A model generated the notes under the pieces. It was not told the origin of the DNA and searched no databases. It saw only the letters and a list, made by a program, of their open reading frames with translations. Shown here in pieces: positions 46,034 through 55,382 of a DNA stretch of 64,000 bases (position 1 is its first letter; every line of letters begins with the position of its first letter). The position numbers and the translations under genes are program-made. The stretch comes from an uncultured Methylococcaceae bacterium (GTDB taxonomy: Bacteria; Pseudomonadota; Gammaproteobacteria; Methylococcales; UBA1147), in contig CAZGQY010000001.1 of the NCBI GenBank assembly GCA_964528035.1, positions 5,084-69,083 of the forward strand. The letters are read 5' to 3'.

Positions 46034-49000
46034 TAGATCGCTCTGGTCGTATGATTCTGTGATACAAATTTATCGTAAAAATCCACTGATGGTACCGGTT
46101 TACTAATGAAATAGCCCTGCACAATATCACAATCATGAAGACGAAGAAATTCATATTGAGCCTGATTTTCCACCCCTTCCGCAACCACACTCAATTTTAG
46201 TTTATGTGCCAACTGGATCATGCCATCAATGACGGCGGACCCTGGCTTATCTTCGGGAACGTCACGAACAAAACTTCTATCGATCTTCAACACTTGAACC
46301 GGTAATCGTTTTAAATAACTGAAAGACGAATAGCCCACACCAAAATCGTCAATCGCAACCGTTACACCCATCGCTGATAACTGATTGAGCCTGGCAACCG
46401 TTTCCTCACCATGTTCCAGAACCAGATTCTCAATAATTTCCAATTCCAGATACTGTGGCTCCAAACCGGTAATTTCCAAACAAGCCTTGACGTCATCCAC
46501 AAACGTCGCTCCCATAAACTCCCGAGCAGATACATTCACAGCGACATGCCCCATAAAACCATTTTCATCCTGCCAAATCTTAAACTGCTGACAGGCCATG
46601 CGCATCGTCCAGTGTCCAATCTGGCTGATCAAACCGGCTTCTTCTGCAATAGGTATAAAACAATTAGGCAATAAAAATCCCCTCTTGGGATGCTGCCAGC
46701 GCACCAAAGCTTCGGCACCCACTACCTCACTGCGGCGAACATCGATTTTTGGCTGGAAATAAAGTATCAGTTCATTATTTTGAATAACCCGGCGTAAATC
46801 AGATTCCAGATCAATACGCTCAGAGATACTGGTACTCATTTCCACGGTATAAAACTGATAATTGTTACGCCCCAGGGCTTTTGCCCGGTACATCGCCGTA
46901 TCCGCATTTTTTAACAGGGCTTCGCGATCTTCCCCATCATCAGGAAAAACCGATATTCCAATGCTCGCTCCAACATAAATCTCTTTACCTGCGATATGAA
47001 AGGGTGTCGACAGTGCCAATAAAATATTCTGAGCTGCAATGTCCGCCCCTTTTGGTCCGTGAACCGAGCTCAGCACTACAACAAACTCATCGCCCCCCAT
47101 CCGAGCAAGGGTATCTTCACTTCGTACACAACCGCTGACCCGCTCGGCCAAAAACTTCAATAATTCGTCTCCAGCGGCGTGTCCCAAATTGTCATTTACA
47201 TCCTTAAAATGATCAATATCGATAAACATAATCGCCAATTGATTATTATTTCTGCGAGCATAGGCAATATCCTGTAATAAACGATCCGAAAACGCGATTC
47301 GATTAGGTAATCCGGTCAACCCGTCATTATAGGCCAGTTGTTTAACTCTCTCTTCAGTCTCTCGAGCATCTAGAACACGCTTCACACGTTGACGAAGAAC
47401 AGCCAGATTAATAGGTTTTGGAATAAAATCTGCCGCACCGGAACTAAATGCACGATCAACAGATTCATCATTTTCCAGTGCTGTAATAATAAGGATCGGT
47501 GTAAGGCGTCCATTCGGTAACCGCTTGATCTCCTGACTCGCTTCAAAACCATCCTTCACCGGCATTACAGCATCCATTATGATCAAATTGGGACTGAATT
47601 GAATGAATTTATCTATTGCCTGCTGACCGTTAGTTGCTTGCTCTATAGTTAAACCATCCGCCTGCAAAGCACTGGCAATGGTCAATCGGGTACTACGATC
47701 ATCGTCGACAACAAGTACCAACTCATACTTGCCACTTTCAATTTGACTTCTGCTTGATTTCAGTGATGTTGATTTTTCGTTCAGGCACCTTTCAACCTGA
47801 ATATACTCTTCGCGTAAATCAACAATGCGTTGGCTAATCTGCGAATCTGAAATATCTTCTTCCTGGGATAATTCTTCAATTTCACGACATATAGAGGCAA
47901 ACATATTGGCACCTAGATTTCGTGAACTACCCTTCAGACTATGTGCAGTTGCATGCAGTTGACTCCAATCCTGCTTATTTAAGGCATTATCAATCTGATC
48001 AATATAATTTGGTGTATCCGCAAAAAATGCATCAATAATTTCACCTACTTTATTACCGATAGCATTTTCGAGATTCTGGAAACTTTCTGTGTCAATTCTG
48101 GAGGTTTTCTGAGAATTGGAAACCCGGAACTGCCCTGGATTACCGACCGGCAGGTCTTTTAATTTCTTTCTAAGAATTGCCAAATTTAAGGGTTTAATCA
48201 GGTAATCGTTCATACCCACATCAAGGCAACGCCGAATATCATTCGGGTTATCAACTGCAGTCATTGCAAAAATCGGGATTTTACTCATATCACCATTCAA
48301 TGAACGAATTTTTCTTGTTGCCTCGTAGCCATCCATTACGGGCATATTACAGTCCATCAAAATAAGGTCGTAATTTTTATCGGCTATCAGGAAAAGGGCT
48401 TCCTGACCATTCGCTGCTACGTCTGCCTGAAACCCGGATTCCTTAAGCATCGCCTTGGCAACCAGTTGATTGGTACGATTATCATCTACAATTAATATAT
48501 AAGCCCCCAAATTATCGGATACCAGTGGCTTTTTGACGCGTTTATCAACCCCCTTTTCGGTTTCCCACAGTCCTTCTGTAAATTGAGCAATGCGCGCATT
48601 CAAGGCAGACAAGCGCACAGGTTTAGTCAATGTCGCATCATAGTCCTGGCAATCACCCTCTAGAAAACCGGAATTACTCAAAATGACCATGATCGTTTTC
48701 GAATTTTTGCCCCAACTACAAATGTCCTGTCTAAAACGATTAACTCCCGAAACACATACAGATAAGTCGAATATACAGATTCTTTCTTGCTGGCTTTCCG
48801 GCCATTTCTTCAGCTGATTCATGATTTCCGTTTCACTACCTCCAGCAATACAACTGCAACCAAATGATCGCAAATTGGCGACAAGGTAATTGCGGTTAGT
48901 CTGGTTAGTATCTGCAACAATGACCTGAACTCCAGAAAAACATGGATTGACCTGATATTTTTTGGTGATACTAATGGGAATTGCGAATGAAAACACACTC

Positions 49001-50475
49001 CCTTCGCCCTCAACACTTTCGACAAGCAATTCTCCCCCCAACAATTGGATTAACTGCTTACATATAGTCAATCCAAGTCCTGTACCACCAAACTTTCTTG
49101 TAGTTCCCCCGTCAGCCTGTCGAAAAGATTCGAATATTTTATTCTGTGCTTCTTTGGGAATACCTATCCCAGTATCGCGGACTAAAAAATTAAACCATGA
49201 ATTATCACCATCATCCGTGTATACAGAACTGGATAACACGACTTCACCCTGATCAGTAAACTTAACCGCATTACTCAACAGATTATTCAATATTTGGCGC
49301 AATCGTGTAATATCGCCCGCAACGATTACAGGAAGGTCACTCGGAATATCCAAACAAATTTCTATATTTTTTGCCTGGGCTTTCTCTGAGAACAGTGCAG
49401 CAACATCCTCCAGGCATTCACGCAAATTAAACTTGACCACTTCCAATTCAAGCTTACCCGCTTCAATTTTGCTGAAATCAAGAATATCGTTAATCAGGGC
49501 CAGCAACGCATCCCCAGAATTAATTGCCACATTCAAATATTCTGACTGTCGATCAGGTACACCAATTTCATTGAGTAAATTCAACATTCCCAACACACCA
49601 TTTAAAGGTGTTCTGATCTCATGGCTAACCACAGCAGCAAATTCTGTCTTTGCTCGTGCCGTTTCCAAAGCCTGGTCACGTGCATCCTTCAATTCTGATT
49701 CGCGTTCTTCCAATACAGACATCATCGAATTAAATGCCTGCTCCATATCCACGATATCTTTTGGTCCTTCCAGCTTTGCCCGAATCTGGGTCTCACCATT
49801 TTCAGCCCGCTGCATGATTCCCGACAAATTTTCCAATGGCGTCGTCAGTTTTCTGGTAATAAACCTGAGAACAATTAATAGTACCGACGCCAATGAAACC
49901 GCTATCAAAGCATTAACAAACAATATTTTCTGAGTCATCTCCTGTAAACTTGCTTTGCTTACCGCAACCAATACATAGCCTAAAGTCTGAACGCTGGCTC
50001 GTGTTTCATCATAAGGAGATTCTACATTTTCTTCAGAGGATGAAGAACTAACTTTCGCAGCGAAATACCAGTAGTCCGACAAATCTTTAACCAGTTGTGC
50101 GTTAAAAGTTAGTCCATGTGTCCAATTTCCCAGATCAGCAGCAGACTCAGCCCCTTGAGCCAATAAAAGTTTATAGTCCGGATAAAAGATTGACACATGC
50201 TTAACGTCCGGAAAATCCAACATGGTATTGGCTGGAAGCTGAGCATTCTCTGCAGCCCCATATAACAATGCCAATCTACTTTGCGCAGCAAAACTGTCGG
50301 TCAAATGAATCCCCTGATTCACGAAACGATCTACTGCAGCCTGGGTTACTACAAAGGAAATGAGCGACGAAGAAATAAGGGAAAGAATCAAAATCCCAAA
50401 TATGAACGTTGTGGACAGTTGCCGATTAAAACTTATATTACGATGATAGAGCCAGGACATACCCTCAGAACCCAC
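46033..50475 (-). CDS. hybrid sensor: TM-periplasmic-TM-HAMP-HisKA-HATPase-REC(divergent)-REC-Hpt-REC-GGDEF-EAL (1480 aa)
   Basis: Motifs read in order: HisKA SHEIRTPLNG (His about residue 285); HATPase DTGIGIP and GGTGLGL; a divergent receiver (IVADTN, IFDLS, LTKP); REC (ILIVDDN, LILMDCNMPVMDG, LIKP); Hpt HSLKGSS; REC (VLVVDDD, LIIMDAVMPVKDG, IPKP); GGDEF with RSED five residues upstream; EAL (GAEALVRW), DDFGVG, EGVE. The start is GTG 50475 or ATG 50460. Confidence 0.9.
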   Translation of the reverse strand: MGSEGMSWLYHRNISFNRQLSTTFIFGILILSLISSSLISFVVTQAAVDRFVNQGIHLTDSFAAQSRLALLYGAAENAQLPANTMLDFPDVKHVSIFYPDYKLLLAQGAESAADLGNWTHGLTFNAQLVKDLSDYWYFAAKVSSSSSEENVESPYDETRASVQTLGYVLVAVSKASLQEMTQKILFVNALIAVSLASVLLIVLRFITRKLTTPLENLSGIMQRAENGETQIRAKLEGPKDIVDMEQAFNSMMSVLEERESELKDARDQALETARAKTEFAAVVSHEIRTPLNGVLGMLNLLNEIGVPDRQSEYLNVAINSGDALLALINDILDFSKIEAGKLELEVVKFNLRECLEDVAALFSEKAQAKNIEICLDIPSDLPVIVAGDITRLRQILNNLLSNAVKFTDQGEVVLSSSVYTDDGDNSWFNFLVRDTGIGIPKEAQNKIFESFRQADGGTTRKFGGTGLGLTICKQLIQLLGGELLVESVEGEGSVFSFAIPISITKKYQVNPCFSGVQVIVADTNQTNRNYLVANLRSFGCSCIAGGSETEIMNQLKKWPESQQERICIFDLSVCVSGVNRFRQDICSWGKNSKTIMVILSNSGFLEGDCQDYDATLTKPVRLSALNARIAQFTEGLWETEKGVDKRVKKPLVSDNLGAYILIVDDNRTNQLVAKAMLKESGFQADVAANGQEALFLIADKNYDLILMDCNMPVMDGYEATRKIRSLNGDMSKIPIFAMTAVDNPNDIRRCLDVGMNDYLIKPLNLAILRKKLKDLPVGNPGQFRVSNSQKTSRIDTESFQNLENAIGNKVGEIIDAFFADTPNYIDQIDNALNKQDWSQLHATAHSLKGSSRNLGANMFASICREIEELSQEEDISDSQISQRIVDLREEYIQVERCLNEKSTSLKSSRSQIESGKYELVLVVDDDRSTRLTIASALQADGLTIEQATNGQQAIDKFIQFSPNLIIMDAVMPVKDGFEASQEIKRLPNGRLTPILIITALENDESVDRAFSSGAADFIPKPINLAVLRQRVKRVLDARETEERVKQLAYNDGLTGLPNRIAFSDRLLQDIAYARRNNNQLAIMFIDIDHFKDVNDNLGHAAGDELLKFLAERVSGCVRSEDTLARMGGDEFVVVLSSVHGPKGADIAAQNILLALSTPFHIAGKEIYVGASIGISVFPDDGEDREALLKNADTAMYRAKALGRNNYQFYTVEMSTSISERIDLESDLRRVIQNNELILYFQPKIDVRRSEVVGAEALVRWQHPKRGFLLPNCFIPIAEEAGLISQIGHWTMRMACQQFKIWQDENGFMGHVAVNVSAREFMGATFVDDVKACLEITGLEPQYLELEIIENLVLEHGEETVARLNQLSAMGVTVAIDDFGVGYSSFSYLKRLPVQVLKIDRSFVRDVPEDKPGSAVIDGMIQLAHKLKLSVVAEGVENQAQYEFLRLHDCDIVQGYFISKPVPSVDFYDKFVSQNHTTRAI

Positions 50476-51413
50476 TATTGCATTGGAAAAACCAAATCAA
50501 ATGACTTTCCTTCCCTTGCCAATAAGTCTATCCCCAGATGTTTTGCAGTTCTCATATTGACCGCTGTCTTCAGTGTGCGCAATACCTCAACACCAGACCG
50601 AATCGACCGGGATTCAATCGATTGAGCCAGTTTACCCAACTCCTGTCCCATTTTAAAGTTATCCGGGTACATAGAGAACAGAGCACCCCGTTTGGCGTGG
50701 ACCAATTTACTTGAAAATACGATCAATCGTCGGCGCCACGCTTCTTCCAGAAGAGAAGGCAGTATGGAATCTGAATCCATCGTAGTTCTATCCTGCATTA
50801 ACCAAATGGCATTGGTAGTACTGTCTATGGTAGCACTTAATTCACGATACACTAATGCTGCTGCCCTTAAATCACGGGCTTCTCTGGCATCAAGTTTTAT
50901 ACCTAAGTTCATCGCCCACCGCTTCGCTTGTTCAATAAGTTTTTGATTATTATCGGGGTTATAGACAACGGATACTGTCTTAATGGAGGGTGCGAATAGT
51001 TTCAATTTCTTAAACAGAATGTTCGGATCGGGTACTAATGAAATACCCACTGTAGACAACGTTTGTTGTTCTATCCTGGTAGATAGAACAGCACCGACAA
51101 CAACAGGAATATCCAGGCCGGTTTGGCGAATGGCTTTAACTCCACGCAAGCCCAAAGCAAGTACCACCTGATTTCCATGGTTTTCTATTTCAGATTGAAG
51201 ACGAATACTGTCGAATGATTTACTGAGTGAATATTTATCGATTGGCCGACCAATCTCTGATTCGATACCGCCTATTATAGTCTCAAAAATCTTTTTATAA
51301 GGCTCGCGCAATTCCGGGTAAACAACCCCCAAAGGAGCGCCATTGGCAAAACCCCAAACACTCGAAGCCATAAGACTAAATGCTAAAAACGCGACTCGGC
51401 ACAAAGTATTCAA
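50475..51413 (-). CDS. orphan periplasmic substrate-binding protein (ABC_sub_bind / COG2984-like)
   Basis: 312 aa with a signal peptide (AFSLMASSVWGFA). Its layout matches the PF04392-type family as I recall it (PVVVGAVL, IKTVSVVYNP, AVNMRTAKHLGIDL). There is no ABC permease or ATPase gene nearby. Confidence 0.7.
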   Translation of the reverse strand: MNTLCRVAFLAFSLMASSVWGFANGAPLGVVYPELREPYKKIFETIIGGIESEIGRPIDKYSLSKSFDSIRLQSEIENHGNQVVLALGLRGVKAIRQTGLDIPVVVGAVLSTRIEQQTLSTVGISLVPDPNILFKKLKLFAPSIKTVSVVYNPDNNQKLIEQAKRWAMNLGIKLDAREARDLRAAALVYRELSATIDSTTNAIWLMQDRTTMDSDSILPSLLEEAWRRRLIVFSSKLVHAKRGALFSMYPDNFKMGQELGKLAQSIESRSIRSGVEVLRTLKTAVNMRTAKHLGIDLLAREGKSFDLVFPMQ

Positions 51414-51469
51414 ACCGCAGTCCAGTTTATTAAATTCATCCTAAATTTCAAAGCAATAATCCGTATAAA

Positions 51470-53605
51470 TTATTTTAAATGGTAACGAAGTTCGAAATAA
51501 AAAAAGCGTCCGGCCTGTGGAAAATCGCCGGGTACCAGACTGGTATTTGCATTATCAAATGGTGGGCTCGGTTCACGTATATCCACGTCAAATAAATTCG
51601 AGACCGATGCACTGACACCCAAATTATCGAAAATATCCTCACCACGCAGCGTCATGTCTACCGTAAAATAATCCGCTACCTGGTTACGCCTGTCCATGGC
51701 CGAACGCTTGCGATCACCGACCCAGTTAGTCTGCACATCCCAATTCCAGTCGGGAAAAAACTCCCAGTCTGCACGAGCATAAACCTGATGAGTCGGTGCA
51801 AAACCGACATTAGTATTAGTCGTTTCGTCCTCTGAAACCTGAAACGCGTAATTAGCCGTAAAACGAAACGAATCTAATATGGCCCACTGTCCTTCCAACT
51901 CGAGTCCGTATCCCGTTTGGTTACCGGCATTCTGAAATGTCCGAGTTGGCGTTCCCGGCCCTGAATCCACCATTGGGCGGATAATATCTTCATACCAGTA
52001 ACGATACAGATTCAACTTAGCTCTCATGTTTTCTTTTGGCTGGTAGTCAAATGCGAGCTCCAGAGTATTGATTGTTTCCGGAGTGAGGTCTGGATTTCCC
52101 AGCAAAGTCGGAGTTTCGTCGTTTGCAAACTGCTCACCGAATGACGGAGCTCGAAACGCTCGGCCATACAATAATTTAGTCGTCAAACTATAGTTCGTCT
52201 GCCAAACCAGAGCGGCCCTGGGATTAACTGTACTGCCGAAATCGGAGTAATGATCGTATCGAACACCCCAGGTTAAGGTCCAATCCTTGGCTAAGTCCCA
52301 CTCATGCTGAAAAAAACCAAATACGATACTGCGACTATGCGGATCAATGAAGGGTCTGCCTCTCGCACCAGGTTGAAGAGGTATTGGAAAAGGATTTCCA
52401 CTCTGAAAAAAATTCTTCTCATCATCTACTTTATACATGTCTTCAAACCGGTAACCAACACCCACTTTCACCAGGTGGTCTTTAAAACCGTCATAGGTTC
52501 CCGAAGCATTTATCCGATAATGCCGCTCGTATATTGTCGGGCTACCTAACACGCCGTTAGGAAAAGAATTTATAGCGATTACCCGCGATTGGGAATCCAG
52601 TTGTGGAAAAGCAGAGTTTGCAGGTGCCAATTGAAAATCAGATTGATTCACCACATCAAAAAAGCTAAGTTGAGACGATAGATTCCAATGGTCAAACCAA
52701 TCTGTGTTTTCATAGCTTAGATCGGCATTAAAGCGGGAACTTCTATTGCTGCCATTAGGGTCTAGCGCCTGAATAAACCCTGCACCGGTTCCCACATTAT
52801 CCCGACCTTGCCACCAAAGACGCAGACGCCAGTCTTCAAGAGATAGATCCAGACTGGTATCGATATATTGACGGCCGACGCTAACTGACCCGGGTGCCAA
52901 CGAAGCAGTCGTTCCAAATTGGCTATCGAAAAAGTTCTGTGCATCAATATCTATTTTTCGTTTGTGCCCTTGTGTCGAGCCCGCCTGAAATGAAAAAGCC
53001 GCTTCCACACCATTGAAGTTCCCGCTGTACTGGAGCCAACCTTCACGGGTATCAAATTCACCCCCTCGAAAGCCTATATCCAACCCATCAATGTCTTCAT
53101 GTGTTTTAGTAATAACATTGATCACGCCGGCAAATGCATCGGCGCCATAAACGGCAGACCCAGGCCCACGAATCACTTCAACCCGAGAAATATTCTGCAC
53201 GGGCATGCCTCCCCATACCTGCCCCCGATGCCCGGTAAATACATTAGTAATCGGTATCCCATTGACTAAAACCAGCACCTGCGCATTAATATCTGAATGC
53301 ACGCCACGAATTGAAAATACTGGATTAAAATTCGTTGTCGAAACAGAAACATGTAGCCCAGGCACACTTTCAAGCACCTGATTTAAATCAGTCGCCCCCA
53401 TCTTCTGAATTTCACTGGCAGTGACCACTGAAGTCACTGCGGGTGCCAACTTAAGTAGTTGCTGACTTCCAGTCGCGATACTTACATATTGCTCTCCGCC
53501 ATAGGCATCATCCAGATCCAGTTCGTCCTCATCCATCGACCAAACCAAACTCGAAAAACATAGCAACAAAAACAATAGTGACTGAGTGACTAATTGCGTG
53601 ATCAT
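51470..53605 (-). CDS. TonB-dependent outer-membrane receptor
   Basis: 711 aa. It has a signal peptide, a plug domain (TSVVTASEIQKMGATDLNQVLESVPGLHV, VEVIRGPGSAVYGADAFAGVINVITK) and a long beta-barrel region rich in alternating aromatic residues. Confidence 0.85.
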   Translation of the reverse strand: MITQLVTQSLLFLLLCFSSLVWSMDEDELDLDDAYGGEQYVSIATGSQQLLKLAPAVTSVVTASEIQKMGATDLNQVLESVPGLHVSVSTTNFNPVFSIRGVHSDINAQVLVLVNGIPITNVFTGHRGQVWGGMPVQNISRVEVIRGPGSAVYGADAFAGVINVITKTHEDIDGLDIGFRGGEFDTREGWLQYSGNFNGVEAAFSFQAGSTQGHKRKIDIDAQNFFDSQFGTTASLAPGSVSVGRQYIDTSLDLSLEDWRLRLWWQGRDNVGTGAGFIQALDPNGSNRSSRFNADLSYENTDWFDHWNLSSQLSFFDVVNQSDFQLAPANSAFPQLDSQSRVIAINSFPNGVLGSPTIYERHYRINASGTYDGFKDHLVKVGVGYRFEDMYKVDDEKNFFQSGNPFPIPLQPGARGRPFIDPHSRSIVFGFFQHEWDLAKDWTLTWGVRYDHYSDFGSTVNPRAALVWQTNYSLTTKLLYGRAFRAPSFGEQFANDETPTLLGNPDLTPETINTLELAFDYQPKENMRAKLNLYRYWYEDIIRPMVDSGPGTPTRTFQNAGNQTGYGLELEGQWAILDSFRFTANYAFQVSEDETTNTNVGFAPTHQVYARADWEFFPDWNWDVQTNWVGDRKRSAMDRRNQVADYFTVDMTLRGEDIFDNLGVSASVSNLFDVDIREPSPPFDNANTSLVPGDFPQAGRFFYFELRYHLK

Positions 53606-53723
53606 GTCATTACCATTATTCGATTATTAATCTAAGTGTTTGTGATTCGACATCTACTCTTTAATGCATTTCGAACAAACTGTATAAATTGATAAGTATT
53701 TTCGCTAATAAAATCCGTACACG

Positions 53724-53748
53724 AAAAAAAGAGAATGATTTCCATCTC
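53724..53748 (-). terminator. candidate rho-independent terminator after the citrate-synthase-like gene pair
   Basis: On the minus strand: GAGATG-gaaat-CATTCTC (6 bp with one bulge) followed by TTTTTTT. It begins 17 nt after the stop at 53765. Confidence 0.45.
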
Positions 53749-53764
53749 AACAAGTTTGTGGCCG

Positions 53765-54568
53765 CTAATCCCAAGTTCTTTTCTCTGTTCCCAGGTAATC
53801 TATTTGCTCGCAACGCAAAGGAAAAAGACTCGCTTCAGAATGCTCCGATGCATCGATAAAACAAGGTGGAAATCCAGCAAGGAAAAGGGGAACCATGAAC
53901 ATATTAAATTGGTTCGCAGAAAACCCAATATCAGCACACAATGCAGCCACCAACGCCCCGTAATTCATTCGTATCAGTTTTCCCGAATCTCTTAATACTT
54001 GTTCTATTTCAAATGCTAAATCAAAATAAGTACCCTTCGTAAAATCTAATTTTTCCATTAAAGAAAGCATAGATTCAACACGTTCATCCATGCTAGCCTT
54101 GGGTCGACCATAGCCGAAAATGATTCTTTTTTTTGCTATTTCTGCTGCGACGATATCAACCAAATGATCGCCCCGAACAATCATTTCCTGAGCTTTAATA
54201 AAAAACTTCAGCGCTTCTGTTAACGCCAACCCTCCAAAAATCTCGGTATCAGATACTGCTATCGCTGCACCTACGCCCAGAGCCCCGGTACTTCTTACCG
54301 TACCCGCCAAAGCCGCAACCCGATTATTCCAGATACGAGGATCAGGGTAGCTTGTATGCACCCATATAGCGTTAAGAATTTTTAATTCGGTTTGAGTAAA
54401 TGTTCTGCCGGTTATCCCATAAAGATACACTTCCATCCAGCTCATCTCCCCAAGATCTCTGTGCAGTTCTTTATCTCGTAATATCACCCGCTCTTGATAA
54501 ACAAACCCGCCCATTCGAGTCCGCCATTTTCCCTCGCTTTGCAATAATCCAGTATTCCCTTTCAGCAC
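53765..54568 (-). CDS. citrate synthase / citryl-CoA lyase-fold protein, paralog B (~267 aa)
   Basis: I chose the start at GTG 54568 (GGGGAG 7 nt upstream). TTG 54583 is the alternative, and the 321-aa track ORF would overlap paralog A by 143 nt. By eye it aligns to the citrate synthase C-terminal half: EIFGGLALTEA at the HGGA position and IIFGYGRPKASMDERV at the GFGHRVY..DPR position. Confidence 0.6.
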   Translation of the reverse strand: MLKGNTGLLQSEGKWRTRMGGFVYQERVILRDKELHRDLGEMSWMEVYLYGITGRTFTQTELKILNAIWVHTSYPDPRIWNNRVAALAGTVRSTGALGVGAAIAVSDTEIFGGLALTEALKFFIKAQEMIVRGDHLVDIVAAEIAKKRIIFGYGRPKASMDERVESMLSLMEKLDFTKGTYFDLAFEIEQVLRDSGKLIRMNYGALVAALCADIGFSANQFNMFMVPLFLAGFPPCFIDASEHSEASLFPLRCEQIDYLGTEKRTWD

Positions 54569-54587
54569 TAAATCACTCCCCAATCTT

Positions 54588-55382
54588 TTATTTTTTAACA
54601 GATTCTGAAACGATTTCCAATGAATCCATAAAAAAAGGATATTGACGCCATCCAGCCTTCTGTTCCAATGCATGTACCGCCGCGCCAGGAAGACGAAGCA
54701 GTAGATACAGCATTTCCGATTGATCAACACTCAGGTCCAAATCGATAAACGCTGCTGCAACTACACCAGACATTGCCAACGGACATTCTGCAAGTGATTC
54801 CACAGCCAAACGGTTTTCTTTCAGCCAGGCAAGCATCCCAGTCGAGTATATTTCTGTTAGATAATCGAGAGTTTGCAATACCGGACCGGCACAGCTAACC
54901 CCATGTGGATCAAATCCTGGCGGATGTTCGAACGGCGGCCAAATACTCGCACCCTGCTGCTCGACTGGTAAATTTAATTGTTTTTGCCATAAATCAACAT
55001 TTGTCCCACAGTTTTTCCATAATTGCATCGCTTCCACAATGTCTCGCCCCCCGCCAAACTCCCCTGCCCCTATAGCTAATGCTGCGATCAAACTCGCTGC
55101 ATTTGCCGAACCGCTGACACTTCCATTCATGGCCGCGCGAACACTATGATCACGTGGCCCTGGATTAGCCAATGCCAGGGCAACAGCTTCCAGTAGCGTC
55201 TTCTGGACATCATTAGGCCGTTCGCCGACGAATAAAAGATACAGATACTCTATCCAACTTGCTTTACGCAGCAACTCACCATACACATCATAGCCGCTAC
55301 AAAAACATGTCGATGCTGCGAACGGATTATTCTTCTCGGATATTTCTTTCCAGATTTTGCTCGATATTTTTTCTTTGCTCAC
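54588..55382 (-). CDS. citrate synthase / citryl-CoA lyase-fold protein, paralog A (264 aa)
   Basis: GTG 55382 with GAGGA 6 nt upstream. It overlaps the ThDP enzyme gene by 56 nt. RDHSVRAAMNGSVSG, GAGEFGGGRDIVEAM and RLPGAAVHALEQ align by eye with the DHE..ST, HGGA and R..GW.AH..E regions of citrate synthases. Confidence 0.6.
   Translation of the reverse strand: MSKEKISSKIWKEISEKNNPFAASTCFCSGYDVYGELLRKASWIEYLYLLFVGERPNDVQKTLLEAVALALANPGPRDHSVRAAMNGSVSGSANAASLIAALAIGAGEFGGGRDIVEAMQLWKNCGTNVDLWQKQLNLPVEQQGASIWPPFEHPPGFDPHGVSCAGPVLQTLDYLTEIYSTGMLAWLKENRLAVESLAECPLAMSGVVAAAFIDLDLSVDQSEMLYLLLRLPGAAVHALEQKAGWRQYPFFMDSLEIVSESVKK

Noticed and set aside
49433-49933. Long antisense ORFs inside large genes: 166 aa inside the hybrid sensor; 194 aa at 60279-60863 inside purL; 161 aa at 30867-31352 over prfB; and 136 aa at 6671-7081 inside tldD.
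   Set aside because: They lie entirely within well-supported genes on the opposite strand. Their composition is biased (Ser/Pro/Arg-rich), and they lack start contexts. These are typical shadow ORFs.
53606-53764. An AT-rich segment (ccattattcgattattaatc) upstream of the TonB-dependent receptor, considered as a possible Fur box.
   Set aside because: Alignment to the GATAATGATAATCATTATC consensus is poor. Only one of the three hexamers fits NATWAT. This is not enough to claim iron regulation.
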